Assembly: GCA_044360195.1 (NCBI GenBank)
Contig: JBIKKT010000002.1
Span: 31,247 to 95,246 of the forward strand
From: Bdellovibrionota bacterium
Lineage (GTDB): Bacteria; Bdellovibrionota_C; UBA2361; OMII01
Length of the DNA stretch: 64,000 nucleotides
Direction: 5' to 3'
Made by a program: the position numbers and the translations under genes. The first letter of the stretch is position 1; each line of letters begins with the position of its first letter. This document shows positions 31,520 to 42,849 of this stretch, in pieces. The notes under the pieces were generated by a model. The model had not been told where the DNA came from, searched no databases, and saw only the letters and a program-made list of their open reading frames with translations.

Positions 31520-32647
31520 ATGCAAACGTTTGATCCGGTTGAGCTGACCCGATTCTTGCTCCGGCACGACACTACCACTGGGCACATCGACCCGTCTTTT
31601 TTAAATAATTTTATGACACTTCTCTCTGATCGCGGGTTTCGCGTGCACAGTGTGGACGTTGAGGGCGTGCGACACCTAGCTGCAACGATTGGCCCACAAG
31701 AGTCTGCGCTTCGCATGGCGTTCGTCGGTCACTACGATACGGTTCCAGTAGGTGAGGGGTGGACCCGTCCGGCACACGCTGCACACCAGGAAGGAGATGT
31801 GCTCTTTGGCCGGGGTGCAAGCGATATGAAAAGTGGCGACGCTGCTGCGATCTGTGCCGCTGCCCGTCTTGCTTCGAAGGGTGTGCATTCAACAGTTTTT
31901 CTTCCAGGCGATGAAGAAACGTTTTCGCGCGGGATGCCAGCTTTGCTCGAGGCGTTGAAGTTAACGTTTGATTACTGTATCTGTGCAGAGCCTACGTCTC
32001 GGGATCTTCTCGGAGATTGTATTAAATTTGGCAGGCGTGGTATGATACGTGGGACGATCATCCTCAAAGGACAGCAGGGGCACGCAGCCTATGCGCACCG
32101 CACCCCTAATGTTATCCTTCGACTCCCTGAGGTCATAACGCAGCTTGCAAAGCCGTGGAACGATCACTGCCACGGCACGGACACCACATTATCTCTTACG
32201 AATATTACGACCAATAGTACAGCGTCGAATGTGATACCTGGAGCTGTCTACCTTTCCTTCAATCTTCGATTCGCACCGCATCGCAAGGTCGCAGAGATAC
32301 AGCACGAGATTGAGCAGCGACTCGAAGCTAGTACGGTACCGTACGAACTCGTTGTTGATAAGGTCACTGAGCCTTACATGACAGGTGTCGATGCTGATCC
32401 TGCTTCACCTCAGGGGCGACTGATCGCATCCGTCCGCCGAGCGATTCATGAGTTGCTCGCTACAGAGCCGGTATTGAGTTGTGATGGCGGAACAAGTGAT
32501 GCACGCTTTATTGCAGCTCAGGGTGTACCCACCATTGAATTCGGCGTTCCGCACGGGAACATGCATGGCCCAGATGAGTTCGTCTCTGTGCAGGACGTAG
32601 AGCGTCTTACTCAGGTCTATGAGCGGGTGGTTGAGCTGCTGCTTTAG
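31520..32647 (+). CDS. dapE: succinyl-diaminopimelate desuccinylase (M20 family)
   Basis: SD AGGGGAA 6 nt before the ATG at 31520. Metal-site motifs GHYDTVP, GRGASDMKSG and PGDEE. Confidence 0.75.
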   Translation: MQTFDPVELTRFLLRHDTTTGHIDPSFLNNFMTLLSDRGFRVHSVDVEGVRHLAATIGPQESALRMAFVGHYDTVPVGEGWTRPAHAAHQEGDVLFGRGASDMKSGDAAAICAAARLASKGVHSTVFLPGDEETFSRGMPALLEALKLTFDYCICAEPTSRDLLGDCIKFGRRGMIRGTIILKGQQGHAAYAHRTPNVILRLPEVITQLAKPWNDHCHGTDTTLSLTNITTNSTASNVIPGAVYLSFNLRFAPHRKVAEIQHEIEQRLEASTVPYELVVDKVTEPYMTGVDADPASPQGRLIASVRRAIHELLATEPVLSCDGGTSDARFIAAQGVPTIEFGVPHGNMHGPDEFVSVQDVERLTQVYERVVELLL

Positions 32648-32766
32648 AAGGTGTTCTCTTCCTTTTAAGAAGCTAAAAAACAATTCACAACGAGCACAAT
32701 GAGCACGACGAGAGAGGGAAAATTTCCCCTTGCTGGTCTCGTTGTACTCGTTGTGAGTTTTTAGGT

Positions 32767-33975
32767 TTATACCTGCTGGTGTTGAGAGGTGTGTGCAGTC
32801 ATCGTACCGGCGGGTGCGGTCAGCGTTGCACCGGCTGCCCCGGTGAGAACCTCGGTGCCGTGTTGCAGGGCCGCTCGGCGCCATTCGTTGCTTGATGGAC
32901 AGAAGAACTCGCGACTCACATTAAAAGCTGTGCTCGTTAAGCCGGTGTGAGGGTGATTCGCGGAGAAGTTCTCTAGGCACAAGACGGGGAGTAGTCCATC
33001 TGGGTAGGTTCCTATTTCATGTACTAGGCTAGCTGCGCCGTTTTCGGAAAAGATAGTGGCTAATCCGCCTGCTATGCTGCCGTGGACCTTGGAAAAGTAG
33101 GGGATCGTTTTCTCTGGTTGTCGGACTTCAAAGCGCGGCGAGAGAGCAGCAGCGACATCACTGAGCATCCTGTTATTACTCCCCAAAGAGAAAAGGGTGT
33201 TTTCCGAACTATTTCCGAGGCCGGTGTGAATATCGACAAACAGAACTCGCTGAGCAGCCGCTAGCCTCGACTCGAGGAATGACAGCAGGATTTCATTGTT
33301 CTCCTGCAGTCTGCTCCCTCCGTAGAAAGGTGCGCGTGGGTTGGTGTATTGCCCTGGTGATAAAATTTGGAGGTACTTCTTACGAGTTGACTCGTCCGAC
33401 GATGTTAGGAATTCTACTGCTTGCTCAAGGCCGTGTAAGGTTGTGGGTGTCAAGTGGTGCAGCGCTTCGCAGTTGCCGACCGGGTCGGCATTGAAATGAT
33501 ATGTAAAATTTCTATTGAGATCGATGTTATCTTTTGTGGTTCGGCGCTCGTAGGCCATGCCAAACGGGTTAAGCGCATGGACGAGTATGAGCGCTGAGTC
33601 TGGGGGAAGTATCGGCTTCGCAGCAAGTATGTCCAGCTGTATGGCAGATCCGACCCGCCCTTCGCTGCCGTGAACGCCTGAGATGGCTATAACCACACTT
33701 TTGGCTGTACGAGTCGAACCGATCTCGGAGAAATCAATAGCGAGCTCCTCTCCTTTTGGGCCCCGCTCGGTCAAGTTGTGCGAGGTGATAGTGGCACCTG
33801 CACATCGACTTAGGTTCAGAAATCTCTCTCGTGCAGCAGTGTAGTCATGACTGAATCTAAGATTAATAAAATGTTCGTCGACTTCTGTATTTTCGAGGTA
33901 GCAGGCAGGAAGACCTCGAAAGCGTAACTGCGAGGTGCGGTGCTCAAGTAGCGGGGCTGGTGGGTGAGATCTCAT
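32767..33975 (-). CDS. M14-like zinc hydrolase of the succinylglutamate desuccinylase/aspartoacylase (AstE_AspA, DUF2817-like) family
   Basis: Zinc-ligand blocks AISGVHGSEG (HxxE), DLNRNF and FVDIHTGLG. Confidence 0.55.
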   Translation of the reverse strand: MRSHPPAPLLEHRTSQLRFRGLPACYLENTEVDEHFINLRFSHDYTAARERFLNLSRCAGATITSHNLTERGPKGEELAIDFSEIGSTRTAKSVVIAISGVHGSEGRVGSAIQLDILAAKPILPPDSALILVHALNPFGMAYERRTTKDNIDLNRNFTYHFNADPVGNCEALHHLTPTTLHGLEQAVEFLTSSDESTRKKYLQILSPGQYTNPRAPFYGGSRLQENNEILLSFLESRLAAAQRVLFVDIHTGLGNSSENTLFSLGSNNRMLSDVAAALSPRFEVRQPEKTIPYFSKVHGSIAGGLATIFSENGAASLVHEIGTYPDGLLPVLCLENFSANHPHTGLTSTAFNVSREFFCPSSNEWRRAALQHGTEVLTGAAGATLTAPAGTMTAHTSQHQQV

Positions 33976-34733
33976 AAAGCAACTCTTGGTTTACATACAC
34001 CGTGAGCTGCCTGCTGCTCTTTGTCTACGCTATTGGATAATTTGCGCCGTGTAGTGCCCTGGCTGTTAATTGGAAGACTTTGTCCGGCTATTCTGGCAGT
34101 TTGCCCTAGAAGGGCAGCGGTGGTTGCTACCCTTCCGCCTTGTCTGGAGGGCATTAATCGCAGGTGTCGCGCCGGGCAGCGGATTGTTGACTGAAGATAT
34201 AAGGACCGAATCTACTGATAAACCGGCCTAAGTCTATGTTTTTAATCGGCCCCGACCTTGACTCACTTCTGGGCGCATGATACTCCTCGCGAGCAACAAA
34301 TGTTTGCATTTTCATCAGCTGCTCAGTTTTTGAGTAAGGGGTTGAATTAACTGCTTAATATATCAAGCAGAAGATGCACTGCCGCTTCCCGGGTGGTAAC
34401 ATCTTGCGAGCAAACGAGTTGTCAGAGGGTAATGCAAGGGATTCCTAAAGGAGTCCCAAGCAAAAGAGTTGAGCGGAAGACGGTGATACCAAAACCAGGT
34501 TAGCCTTCGCTCACGAGACCATTCTGCCCGGGAGTTACACAGATAGCCATTTGTGATGCGGTTTCTGACCGCGTTCGAAGCGCCCGCTACTCAGTAGTTA
34601 TGAGGTGGGGGGTAAGCGTCGAAGGCTGCTACGCGGCCAATCATTGGCACCGCAACGTCGGTCGGGTTCGGGCTCTTGTAGGGCCTGGGCTTTGAATTGT
34701 TCGCGGAATGTGTTAATCACGGCACCTCTTGGA

Positions 34734-34814
34734 GGGTAGTTCAGCTCGCAAGGTAGAGCTTACCAAGAGGGTCGTTAGAGAGGGTGGTGCCTCTCTAAGA
34801 GAAATGAACTACCC
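34734..34814 (+). promoter_or_regulatory. structured 5-prime leader element upstream of rpsL
   Basis: A 10-bp closing helix GGGTAGTTCA/TGAACTACCC encloses two hairpins (GCTC-GCAAGGTA-GAGC and AGAGAGG-GTGGTG-CCTCTCT). It ends 37 nt before the rpsL ATG. Confidence 0.35.
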
Positions 34815-34851
34815 GATGTGTTTCGCGCAAGAAGGAAGAGGCTAGGCAAAA

Positions 34852-35223
34852 ATGCCAACAATTAATCAGTTAGTTCGAAATCGTCGTCGCAGCAAAACAG
34901 CAAAGAGCAAGTCTCCTGCTCTCGTTCGATGTCCTCAGCGTCGTGGAGTGTGCACCCGTGTGTATACCCAGACACCGAAGAAGCCAAACTCAGCTCTCCG
35001 TAAGGTAGCGCGTGTTCGTTTGACAACCGGTATGGAGGTTACGAGCTACATCCCTGGCGTTGGTCACAATTTGCAAGAGCACTCGGTTGTTCTTATTCGT
35101 GGCGGCCGTGTGAAGGACCTTCCAGGAGTTCGATACCACATCGTTCGCGGAAAGCTTGAGGCTCACGGTGTTCAAGATAGGAAGCAGAGCCGATCTAAGT
35201 ACGGCGCAAAGCGACCTAAGTAG
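34852..35223 (+). CDS. rpsL: 30S ribosomal protein S12
   Basis: [15 protein letters not shown]...[11 protein letters not shown]...[18 protein letters not shown]. Confidence 0.95.
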   Translation: MPTINQLVRNRRRSKTAKSKSPALVRCPQRRGVCTRVYTQTPKKPNSALRKVARVRLTTGMEVTSYIPGVGHNLQEHSVVLIRGGRVKDLPGVRYHIVRGKLEAHGVQDRKQSRSKYGAKRPK

Positions 35224-35283
35224 TGAGTAGAAGAGATTTGACGGTAAGCTAAATAAGCTAAGAGTTTTGGTTGAGAGGGGAGA

Positions 35284-35754
35284 ATGTCACGTAAGAAGCG
35301 CGATTTTAAGAGACCGGTAACCGCTGATCCTCGATTCGGTGACGTGGTTGTAGGGAAGGCGATCAATGTGATCATGGACAGCGGCAAGAAGGGCGTTGCA
35401 GAGCGCGCTCTTTATGGAGCTCTCGATCAGATCGCTAAGAAGACTGGCAGCGATGCCGTTGAGGTTTTCCACAAGGCGCTGAGTAATATTAAGCCAGTTG
35501 TTGAAGTTCGTTCGCGACGCGTCGGCGGTGCAACGTACCAGGTTCCAACTGAGGTCCGCGCAGAGCGTGCTCAGTCGCTTGCTTTGCGGTGGTTGAAGGA
35601 CGCTGCTGAGGGTCGTGGGGAGCGCAGCCTCTCTGACCGGCTCGCAAATGAGTTGATGGATGCAACGCAGAACCGCGGCGCAGCAGTTAAGAAGCGTGAG
35701 GATACTCACCGAATGGCAGAAGCCAACAAGGCATTCGCTCACTTTAAGTGGTAA
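35284..35754 (+). CDS. rpsG: 30S ribosomal protein S7
   Basis: 156 aa collinear with S7 ([31 protein letters not shown]). Confidence 0.9.
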   Translation: MSRKKRDFKRPVTADPRFGDVVVGKAINVIMDSGKKGVAERALYGALDQIAKKTGSDAVEVFHKALSNIKPVVEVRSRRVGGATYQVPTEVRAERAQSLALRWLKDAAEGRGERSLSDRLANELMDATQNRGAAVKKREDTHRMAEANKAFAHFKW

Positions 35755-35789
35755 GCGAGATAGCATAGGAACTAGACGGAGATTATACA

Positions 35790-37883
35790 GTGGCTAAGAA
35801 GGATCTACATTTAGTACGTAACATCGGCATCATGGCGCACATCGATGCTGGTAAGACGACTACCACCGAGCGAGTGCTTTACTATACAGGCATGACCCAC
35901 AAGATTGGTGAAGTGCACGAAGGCGCTGCAACCATGGATTACATGGAGCTTGAGCAGGAGCGTGGTATTACGATCACATCTGCTGCGACCACTTGTAGCT
36001 GGAAGGGTTCTCACGGCGATCGGTCTGAGCACCAGATCAACGTTATCGATACTCCAGGCCACGTAGATTTCACCATCGAAGTTGAGCGAAGTCTCCGAGT
36101 TCTCGACGGTGCTGTTGCTGTATTCGACGCTGTAAGCGGGGTAGAGCCTCAGTCTGAAACAGTATGGCGACAAGCAAATAAGTTTCGAGTTCCTCGTTTC
36201 TGCTTTATCAACAAGATGGACCGTATCGGTTCTGATTTTGCAGGCGCTATAGCATCGATTCGCGATAAGCTCGGTGCTCGTGCGGTTCCTATTCAGATCC
36301 CGATCGGAGCTGAGAGCGCGTTTCTCGGTGTTGTAGACCTCGTGCTCATGAAGGCTATCCTGTACAAGGATGAGACCAAGGGCGCTAAGTTTGAGGTAAC
36401 TGATATCCCAGAAGAGCTCGTTGATGAAGCAAAGGCAGCGCGCGAATTCTTGCTCGAGAGCATAGCTGAGGTAGATGATACCTTGATGGAGAAGTACCTC
36501 GCAGGAAAGGAGCTCTCTGAGGCTGAGGTAAAGGCTGGTATCCGTACTGGTACATTGAAGATGGAGATCTTCCCAGTTATTTGCGGAAGTGCATTCAAGA
36601 ATAAAGGTGTTCAACCCCTCCTTGATGCAGTCGTTGATTACTTGCCAAGCCCCCTCGATCTCCCTCCAGTAAAGGGCACTGATCCCGATAAGAAGGAAGT
36701 TGTTGAGGTTGAGCGAGCTACTGATCCAGATGCTCCGATGTGCGCGCTTGCGTTTAAGATCATCACTGACCCATACGTAGGTATCCTTACGTTCTTCCGA
36801 GTTTACTCGGGTACGGTGTCAGCAGGGTCGGGTGTTCTTAATTCAACTCGTGGAAAGAAAGAGCGTATCGGTCGTGTGGTACGTATGCACGCCGAAAAGC
36901 GTGAGGAAGTTAAGGAAGTTTCGGCTGGAGACATCGGTGCTGCGGTAGGACTTAAAGAGACCATCACAGGAGATACCCTGTGTGATATCGAAAATCCTAT
37001 CGTTCTTGAGAGCATTCACGCTCCTGAGCCAGTTATCAGTATTGCCATCGAGCCAAAGACTAAGGCCGATGAAGGGAAGATGGGGCTGTCTTTGATGAAG
37101 CTTGCGAAGGAGGATCCTTCGCTTCGATTGAGCGTTGATAAGGAGTCCGGACAGACACTTATCGCCGGAATGGGTGAGCTCCATCTCGATATTATTAAGC
37201 AGCGTCTCTTTAGAGAGTTCGGCGTAGATACCACTGTCGGTAAGCCTCAGGTTGCTTACCGCGAGACTATCGTTAATAAAGCCGAGGCTGAGTGTAAGTA
37301 CGCTAAGCAGACCGGAGGTCGTGGACAGTTCGGACACGTTCTTCTCCGAGTTGAGCCGATGGAGCCAGGCAAAGGATTCGAGTTTGTTGATGAAATTAAG
37401 GGAGGAATTATCCCGAAAGAGTACGTACCTGCGGTTGAGAAGGGAATTGTTGAGGCCCTCGAAGGGGGTATCATGGCAGGCTTCCCGCTGATCGACCTCA
37501 AGGTTACGCTCTATTACGGTAGCTTCCACGAAGTTGACTCAAGTGAAATCGCGTTCAAGATTGCGGGCTCCATGTGTGTGAAGGACGCATGTCAGAAGGC
37601 GAAGATACAGTTGCTTGAGCCAGTTATGGCCGTGGAAGTAGTATGTCCTGATGATTTTATCAGCAATATCGTTGGGGACCTTAACAGACGTCGAGCACGA
37701 ATCCTTGGCATGGAGCCAAGAGCTGGTGCGCAGACTGTCAAGTGCGAGGTTCCGCTCGCTGAGATGTTCGGATATTCGACAGATCTGCGATCTAACTCGC
37801 AAGGGCGAGCAACCTTCACTATGGAGTACCATCACTATGCACCCGTACCGACTCACGTTGCGGAAAGCATAGCGAAAAAGTGA
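35790..37883 (+). CDS. fusA: elongation factor G
   Basis: GTG start. G motifs [20 protein letters not shown] and NKMD. 697 aa. Confidence 0.95.
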   Translation: MAKKDLHLVRNIGIMAHIDAGKTTTTERVLYYTGMTHKIGEVHEGAATMDYMELEQERGITITSAATTCSWKGSHGDRSEHQINVIDTPGHVDFTIEVERSLRVLDGAVAVFDAVSGVEPQSETVWRQANKFRVPRFCFINKMDRIGSDFAGAIASIRDKLGARAVPIQIPIGAESAFLGVVDLVLMKAILYKDETKGAKFEVTDIPEELVDEAKAAREFLLESIAEVDDTLMEKYLAGKELSEAEVKAGIRTGTLKMEIFPVICGSAFKNKGVQPLLDAVVDYLPSPLDLPPVKGTDPDKKEVVEVERATDPDAPMCALAFKIITDPYVGILTFFRVYSGTVSAGSGVLNSTRGKKERIGRVVRMHAEKREEVKEVSAGDIGAAVGLKETITGDTLCDIENPIVLESIHAPEPVISIAIEPKTKADEGKMGLSLMKLAKEDPSLRLSVDKESGQTLIAGMGELHLDIIKQRLFREFGVDTTVGKPQVAYRETIVNKAEAECKYAKQTGGRGQFGHVLLRVEPMEPGKGFEFVDEIKGGIIPKEYVPAVEKGIVEALEGGIMAGFPLIDLKVTLYYGSFHEVDSSEIAFKIAGSMCVKDACQKAKIQLLEPVMAVEVVCPDDFISNIVGDLNRRRARILGMEPRAGAQTVKCEVPLAEMFGYSTDLRSNSQGRATFTMEYHHYAPVPTHVAESIAKK

Positions 37884-37925
37884 TGTTTTTAATGGTGTTT
37901 TAACTAATTAAAACCGGAGAAAGGC

Positions 37926-39122
37926 ATGTCAACTAAGAAATTTGAAAGAACAAAAGCGCACGTAAACGTGGGAACCATCGGTCACGTAGACCATGGTAAG
38001 ACCACAACAACAGCAGCCCTCGTGTCTGTTCAGGCAGCAAAGGGTTTGGCAACCGTTAAGTCGTACAAAGATATCGCTAAGGGCGGTACCGTGCGCGACG
38101 ATTCAAAGACGGTTACCATTGCTTCAGCTCACGTTGAGTATGAAACAGCAACTCGTCACTACGCTCACGTAGATTGCCCGGGTCACGCTGACTACGTTAA
38201 GAACATGATTACTGGTGCTGCTCAGATGGACGGCGCTATCCTCGTAGTAAGTGCGTCGGATGGACCGATGCCACAGACTCGAGAGCACATCCTCCTTGCT
38301 CGTCAGGTAGGAGTTCCTAAGATCGTTGTTTTCCTTAACAAGGTTGACACAGTTGATGACCCCGAGCTTCTCGACCTCGTTGAGATGGAAGTTCGTGACC
38401 TCCTTGCTGAGTACGATTTCCCAGGTGCTGAGACCCCGGTCATCCGTGGTTCGGCTCTCAAGGCTCTTCAGGGTGAGCAGAGCGATATCGGCGTAGGCGC
38501 TTTCGATAAGCTCCTTGCTACAATCGATGAGTACATCCCAGTTCCACAGCGCGATGTTGATAAGTCGTTCCTTATGCCGGTTGAGGATGTATTCTCAATC
38601 GCAGGACGCGGTACTGTAGCTACAGGACGTGTTGAGCGCGGTCGCATCAAGGTTGGAGAGGAAGTTGAGATCGTTGGAATTCGCGACACTCAGAAGACCG
38701 TTGTTACAGGCGTTGAGATGTTCAAGAAGCTCCTCGATGAAGGACAGGCAGGTGACAACGTTGGATGTCTCCTCCGTGGTCTCAAGCGTGACGATGTTGA
38801 GCGCGGACAGATCCTCTGCCAGCCTGGCAGCGTTAAGCCTCATAAGAAGTTCAAGGCAGAGGCATACATCCTTAAGAAGGAAGAGGGCGGACGTCATAAG
38901 CCTTTCTTTTCTGGATACCGACCTCAGTTCTTCTTCAGAACAACTGATGTAACCGGATCGATCAAGTTGCCTGATGGTGTTGAGATGGCTATGCCTGGTG
39001 ACCACATCAATCTTGATGTTGAGCTCTATCAGCCAATCGGCATCGAGAAGACTCTCCGATTTGCTATCCGAGAGGGTGGTAAGACGGTTGGTTCAGGTGT
39101 TGTAACTGACATCGTCGAGTAG
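37926..39122 (+). CDS. tuf: elongation factor Tu
   Basis: [17 protein letters not shown] and NKVD. 398 aa. Confidence 0.95.
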   Translation: MSTKKFERTKAHVNVGTIGHVDHGKTTTTAALVSVQAAKGLATVKSYKDIAKGGTVRDDSKTVTIASAHVEYETATRHYAHVDCPGHADYVKNMITGAAQMDGAILVVSASDGPMPQTREHILLARQVGVPKIVVFLNKVDTVDDPELLDLVEMEVRDLLAEYDFPGAETPVIRGSALKALQGEQSDIGVGAFDKLLATIDEYIPVPQRDVDKSFLMPVEDVFSIAGRGTVATGRVERGRIKVGEEVEIVGIRDTQKTVVTGVEMFKKLLDEGQAGDNVGCLLRGLKRDDVERGQILCQPGSVKPHKKFKAEAYILKKEEGGRHKPFFSGYRPQFFFRTTDVTGSIKLPDGVEMAMPGDHINLDVELYQPIGIEKTLRFAIREGGKTVGSGVVTDIVE

Positions 39123-39138
39123 TTCGATAGAATGAAAA

Positions 39139-39168
39139 CAGGGCGACTGGCGAGAGCTAGTCGCCCTG
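39139..39168 (+). promoter_or_regulatory. tuf-rpsJ intergenic stem-loop (partial terminator/attenuator)
   Basis: 10-bp stem CAGGGCGACT/AGTCGCCCTG with a 10-nt loop. The downstream tract is only weakly U-rich. Confidence 0.35.
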
Positions 39169-39225
39169 TAGAAAGAAGGTTTTCGCGAAGAAATTTTCTA
39201 AACGTGAACGTGAGAGGAAGAAGCC

Positions 39226-39540
39226 ATGATTGGCGGGCAGTTAATTAGAATTAGACTTAAAGGATACGATCACAAGCTGTTGGACTCAGCAGTCGTGGAG
39301 ATCGTTCAGACAGTTCGGCGCACAGGCGGCCGTGTAGCCGGCCCTATTCCTCTACCGACGCGAATTCAGAAGTTTACGGTGAACCGGTCACCGTTCGTTG
39401 ATAAGAAGTCGCGTGAGCAGTTTGAGATCCGCACTCACAAGAGGCTTCTCGACATTTTAGAGCCCACTCAGCAAACGATCGATGAGCTGGGGAAGCTTGA
39501 GCTCTCAACCGGTATCGATGTTGAGATTAAGCTACAGTAG
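39226..39540 (+). CDS. rpsJ: 30S ribosomal protein S10
   Basis: [14 protein letters not shown]...GPIPLPTR...[11 protein letters not shown]. Confidence 0.9.
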   Translation: MIGGQLIRIRLKGYDHKLLDSAVVEIVQTVRRTGGRVAGPIPLPTRIQKFTVNRSPFVDKKSREQFEIRTHKRLLDILEPTQQTIDELGKLELSTGIDVEIKLQ

Positions 39541-39577
39541 GCGAGTTTGAATTAGTTTTAACGAGGGGGACCTCTTC

Positions 39578-40237
39578 ATGAGTACGGTAAAGCACTATCC
39601 CGAGGGATTGTTAGGGAAGAAGTTGGGAATGACCCAGGTGTTTACACCTGAAGGACAGAGCATTCCAGTGACCATAATTCAGGCTGGACCCTGTTTCGTT
39701 CTTGATGTCCGTGGCGACGATGTTCACGGTTACAGCGCGGTTCAATTTGGTTTTGAGCCAAAGAAGAACCAGCGCTGCTCCAAGTCCGAACTTGGCCAGT
39801 TCAAAAAGGCAGGGCGCGGCGCCTTCTGTCACGTCAAAGAGGTCCGGTGCGACGCACAGGGTCTTGGCTGGAACGAGGTAGGTAAAGAAGTAACGGTCGC
39901 TGATGTCTTCAAAGACGGCGAAACCGTAGATGTTTCTGGCGTTTCGATAGGACGTGGATTTCAAGGCGTTGTTCGTCGGCACCACATCAAGGGCCAGCCG
40001 ATGACTCGCGGTACGCACGAAGTTAGACGTCACGTAGGAGCTATCGGTTGTCGTAAGTTTCCTGGACGTGTGTTCAAGAACAAGCGTATGCCAGGACGGA
40101 TGGGCGGAGAGAACGTTACTGTTCAGAACCTAACTGTCGTTGGAGTTCGGCCCGAAGAGAACGTGTTGCTTGTAAAGGGTGGCATTCCAGGAGCTCGAGG
40201 AAGCCTTGTTGTTATCCGAAAAGCTACTAAGGCGTAA
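39578..40237 (+). CDS. rplC: 50S ribosomal protein L3
   Basis: 219 aa in the L3 position. Confidence 0.9.
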   Translation: MSTVKHYPEGLLGKKLGMTQVFTPEGQSIPVTIIQAGPCFVLDVRGDDVHGYSAVQFGFEPKKNQRCSKSELGQFKKAGRGAFCHVKEVRCDAQGLGWNEVGKEVTVADVFKDGETVDVSGVSIGRGFQGVVRRHHIKGQPMTRGTHEVRRHVGAIGCRKFPGRVFKNKRMPGRMGGENVTVQNLTVVGVRPEENVLLVKGGIPGARGSLVVIRKATKA

Positions 40238-40263
40238 CCGAAGGAGCGGTGGAGGAACTAGAT

Positions 40264-40926
40264 ATGTCTTCAGATGTAGTAAGCGCAAAGTTGGTTGATG
40301 GTGCTGGAAAAGAGAAGGGCGTAGTGGCTCTCTCAGCAGAAGTGTTCAAGGCAACCGTCAAGGCGGAGCTGGTGCACACCGCAGTTCGGTGGCAGCGAGC
40401 TAAGCGTCGTGCTGGAACGCACGACGTGTTGACCCGCAGCGAGATTCAGGGTGGAAAGAAGAAGCCGTTCAAGCAGAAGGGTACTGGAAACGCGCGAGCT
40501 GGTAGCTCCGTATCGCCCCTGATGGTCGGTGGAGCTGTTGTTCACGGCCCAACCCCTCGTAGTTATGAGTTCCGCTTCTCAAAGAAGATGAAGAAGGCTG
40601 CTCTGGCTTCTGCTCTTGCTGTAAAGAGTTCAAGCAGCAGCTGGATAGTTCTTGAGAGCATGGATTCAGCAACGGGGAAAACTAAGGATGCAGTAAAGCT
40701 CCTTAAGACAGTCGGTCTCAGCGGTTCTAAGGTGCTTGTAATAGTTCCAAACGAAGCCAGCGATGCACGAGAGAAGTTCGCATTTGGGCTTGGTAACATT
40801 CCAAAAGTGACGGTCGTACCGGTAGCAGGAGTTAACGTGTACGATTTAATTAACAGCACGAACGTTTTGTGTGTTCAGTCTGCTCTCGCCGAGTTAGAGG
40901 CGCGAGTTGGTGTGAGCTCTAAGTAG
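40264..40926 (+). CDS. rplD: 50S ribosomal protein L4
   Basis: SD GGAGGA 7 nt before the ATG at 40264. 220 aa. Confidence 0.9.
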   Translation: MSSDVVSAKLVDGAGKEKGVVALSAEVFKATVKAELVHTAVRWQRAKRRAGTHDVLTRSEIQGGKKKPFKQKGTGNARAGSSVSPLMVGGAVVHGPTPRSYEFRFSKKMKKAALASALAVKSSSSSWIVLESMDSATGKTKDAVKLLKTVGLSGSKVLVIVPNEASDAREKFAFGLGNIPKVTVVPVAGVNVYDLINSTNVLCVQSALAELEARVGVSSK

Positions 40927-40944
40927 TTTCGAGGGGAAGGGCGT

Positions 40945-41268
40945 ATGGCAAAGAAAAATGCAGCTACCACATCGGCAAAGGTTACTGACTACGGCATCAT
41001 CCTGTCTCCGGTTATTACGGAGAAGAGCGCAATAGTTGGCGGAGCAGGTCGGGTCGTTACCTTCCGAGTTGACCCTCGTGCGTCGAAAGAGGAGATAAGC
41101 GGTGCCGTTGAGCGAGTTTTCTCCGTGAAAGTTGAAGGTGTTCGAACCAGCCGGTTTCTCGGCAAGACGAAGCGCTCGGTAACAGGAGTTGCTCGTCGCG
41201 CGGGATACAAGAAGGCGTACGTTACTCTTGTTGAGGGACACAAGATCGACATCGTAGAAGGCTTGTAA
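40945..41268 (+). CDS. rplW: 50S ribosomal protein L23
   Basis: 107 aa in the L23 position. Confidence 0.9.
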   Translation: MAKKNAATTSAKVTDYGIILSPVITEKSAIVGGAGRVVTFRVDPRASKEEISGAVERVFSVKVEGVRTSRFLGKTKRSVTGVARRAGYKKAYVTLVEGHKIDIVEGL

Positions 41269-41287
41269 TCAGAGATAGAGGTATCAC

Positions 41288-42112
41288 ATGGCTCTTAGAA
41301 ACTTTAGACCAATAACACCGACTCGCCGATTTCTAACGGTGGCGGACTTCTCGGAGATCACAACTGATCGTCCAGAGAAGAGCCTGCTCGCTAAGTACGG
41401 AAGCACCGGTGGTCGCAACAACTATGGTCGTAACACAAATATCAATAAGGGTGGTGGGCATAAGCGTCGCTACCGTTTGGTAGATTTCCGTCGTGACAAA
41501 GTTGGTATCAAGGGTACCGTTGCTACAATCGAGTACGATCCGAATCGTACGGCCCGTATAGCGTTGGTCGTTTATACGGATGGAGAGAAGAGGTATATCC
41601 TTGCACCGCAGGGCTTGAGTGTTGGTCAGGTGATCAGCGCAGGTCCAGACGCTGATATCAAGCCTGGTAACGCTTTGCCGCTTCGCTCTGTTCCACTCGG
41701 TGAGAACATTTATAACATCGAGTTGAAGAGGAACGGCGGTGCTCAGCTGGTTCGTTCCGCCGGAGCAGCAGCTCAGCTAGTTGCTAAAGAAGGTGACTAT
41801 GCACTCGTTAAGCTCCCTTCGGGCGAAACCCGCAAGGTTCTCCTTGAGTGCTATGCATCTATCGGGTCTGTAAGTAATCCTGACCACCAGAACGTGGTAA
41901 TTGGTAAAGCGGGACGTAGTCGATGGCTAAACCGTCGACCTCATAACCGTGGAGTTACCAAGAACCCAGTCGACCATCCGATGGGAGGAGGAGAAGGAAA
42001 AAGTGCAGGAGGACGTCATCCATGTTCTCCGCGAGGATTGCTTGCTAAGGGCCTTAAGACCCGAACTAACAAGCGAACTCAGAAGTTTATTATACGTCGT
42101 CGTAGTAAGTAA
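41288..42112 (+). CDS. rplB: 50S ribosomal protein L2
   Basis: 274 aa. Motifs [13 protein letters not shown] and [15 protein letters not shown]. Confidence 0.95.
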   Translation: MALRNFRPITPTRRFLTVADFSEITTDRPEKSLLAKYGSTGGRNNYGRNTNINKGGGHKRRYRLVDFRRDKVGIKGTVATIEYDPNRTARIALVVYTDGEKRYILAPQGLSVGQVISAGPDADIKPGNALPLRSVPLGENIYNIELKRNGGAQLVRSAGAAAQLVAKEGDYALVKLPSGETRKVLLECYASIGSVSNPDHQNVVIGKAGRSRWLNRRPHNRGVTKNPVDHPMGGGEGKSAGGRHPCSPRGLLAKGLKTRTNKRTQKFIIRRRSK

Positions 42113-42124
42113 GAGGGGAGAGCC

Positions 42125-42400
42125 ATGGCTCGTTCGGTAAAAAAAGGACCATTTGTTGATCAAAGTTTGTTAAAGTGGATAGAGAGGGCCAAGTCTGGCG
42201 CTCTCAAGGGACCAATTAAGACCTGGTCTCGTCGTTCAACGATAACACCTGACATGATTGGATTAACCTTCGCCGTGCACAACGGAAAGAAGTTCAATGC
42301 GGTGTTTGTGACTGAGAATATGGTAGGGCACAAGTTGGGTGAGTTCTCACCAACTCGAACTTATCACGGACACTCAGTGAAGTCGGCATCAGCAGCATAA
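42125..42400 (+). CDS. rpsS: 30S ribosomal protein S19
   Basis: [12 protein letters not shown]...HNGKKF...GHKLGEF. Confidence 0.95.
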   Translation: MARSVKKGPFVDQSLLKWIERAKSGALKGPIKTWSRRSTITPDMIGLTFAVHNGKKFNAVFVTENMVGHKLGEFSPTRTYHGHSVKSASAA

Positions 42401-42459
42401 GGTGTTGTAGCGTAACGCTGACACGGGTGACGCAGGGATTTTAGTTAAGGATTGCGGTT

Positions 42460-42831
42460 ATGACTAAGAAAGTAAAGCAGAATTCGCAGAAAGAGGGTGA
42501 GGTAGCGAGAGCTACGTTGCGACACATTCGCCTCTCGCCCCGTAAGGCGCGTCTCGTCGTGGATCTGATCCGTGGCAAGCAAGTTGAGCCAGCGTTGCAG
42601 GTGTTGCGCTTCTCCAATAAGAAGATGGCGAGCTATGCGAAGAAGCTGCTTGAATCAGCGATTGCAAATGCACGCGAGCAGGCTCGAGCTGACGTGGACC
42701 GTTTGTGGATAACAGGCGGATGGGTTGACCCCAGCAGTACACTTAAGCGGTACATGCCCGCCGCACACGGTCGTGCTAACCCTATTCGCAAGCGGTCGTC
42801 AAATGTGACCATCGTTCTTGGTGAGAAGTAA
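42460..42831 (+). CDS. rplV: 50S ribosomal protein L22
   Basis: 123 aa in the L22 position (RHIRLSPRKARLVVDLIRGK). Confidence 0.9.
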   Translation: MTKKVKQNSQKEGEVARATLRHIRLSPRKARLVVDLIRGKQVEPALQVLRFSNKKMASYAKKLLESAIANAREQARADVDRLWITGGWVDPSSTLKRYMPAAHGRANPIRKRSSNVTIVLGEK

Positions 42832-42849
42832 GATTTTAGGAGAGTCGTT

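Noticed and set aside
35811-37529. Antisense ORFs 35811..36614(-) and 36843..37529(-) within fusA
   Set aside because: Embedded in EF-G coding sequence. No independent support.
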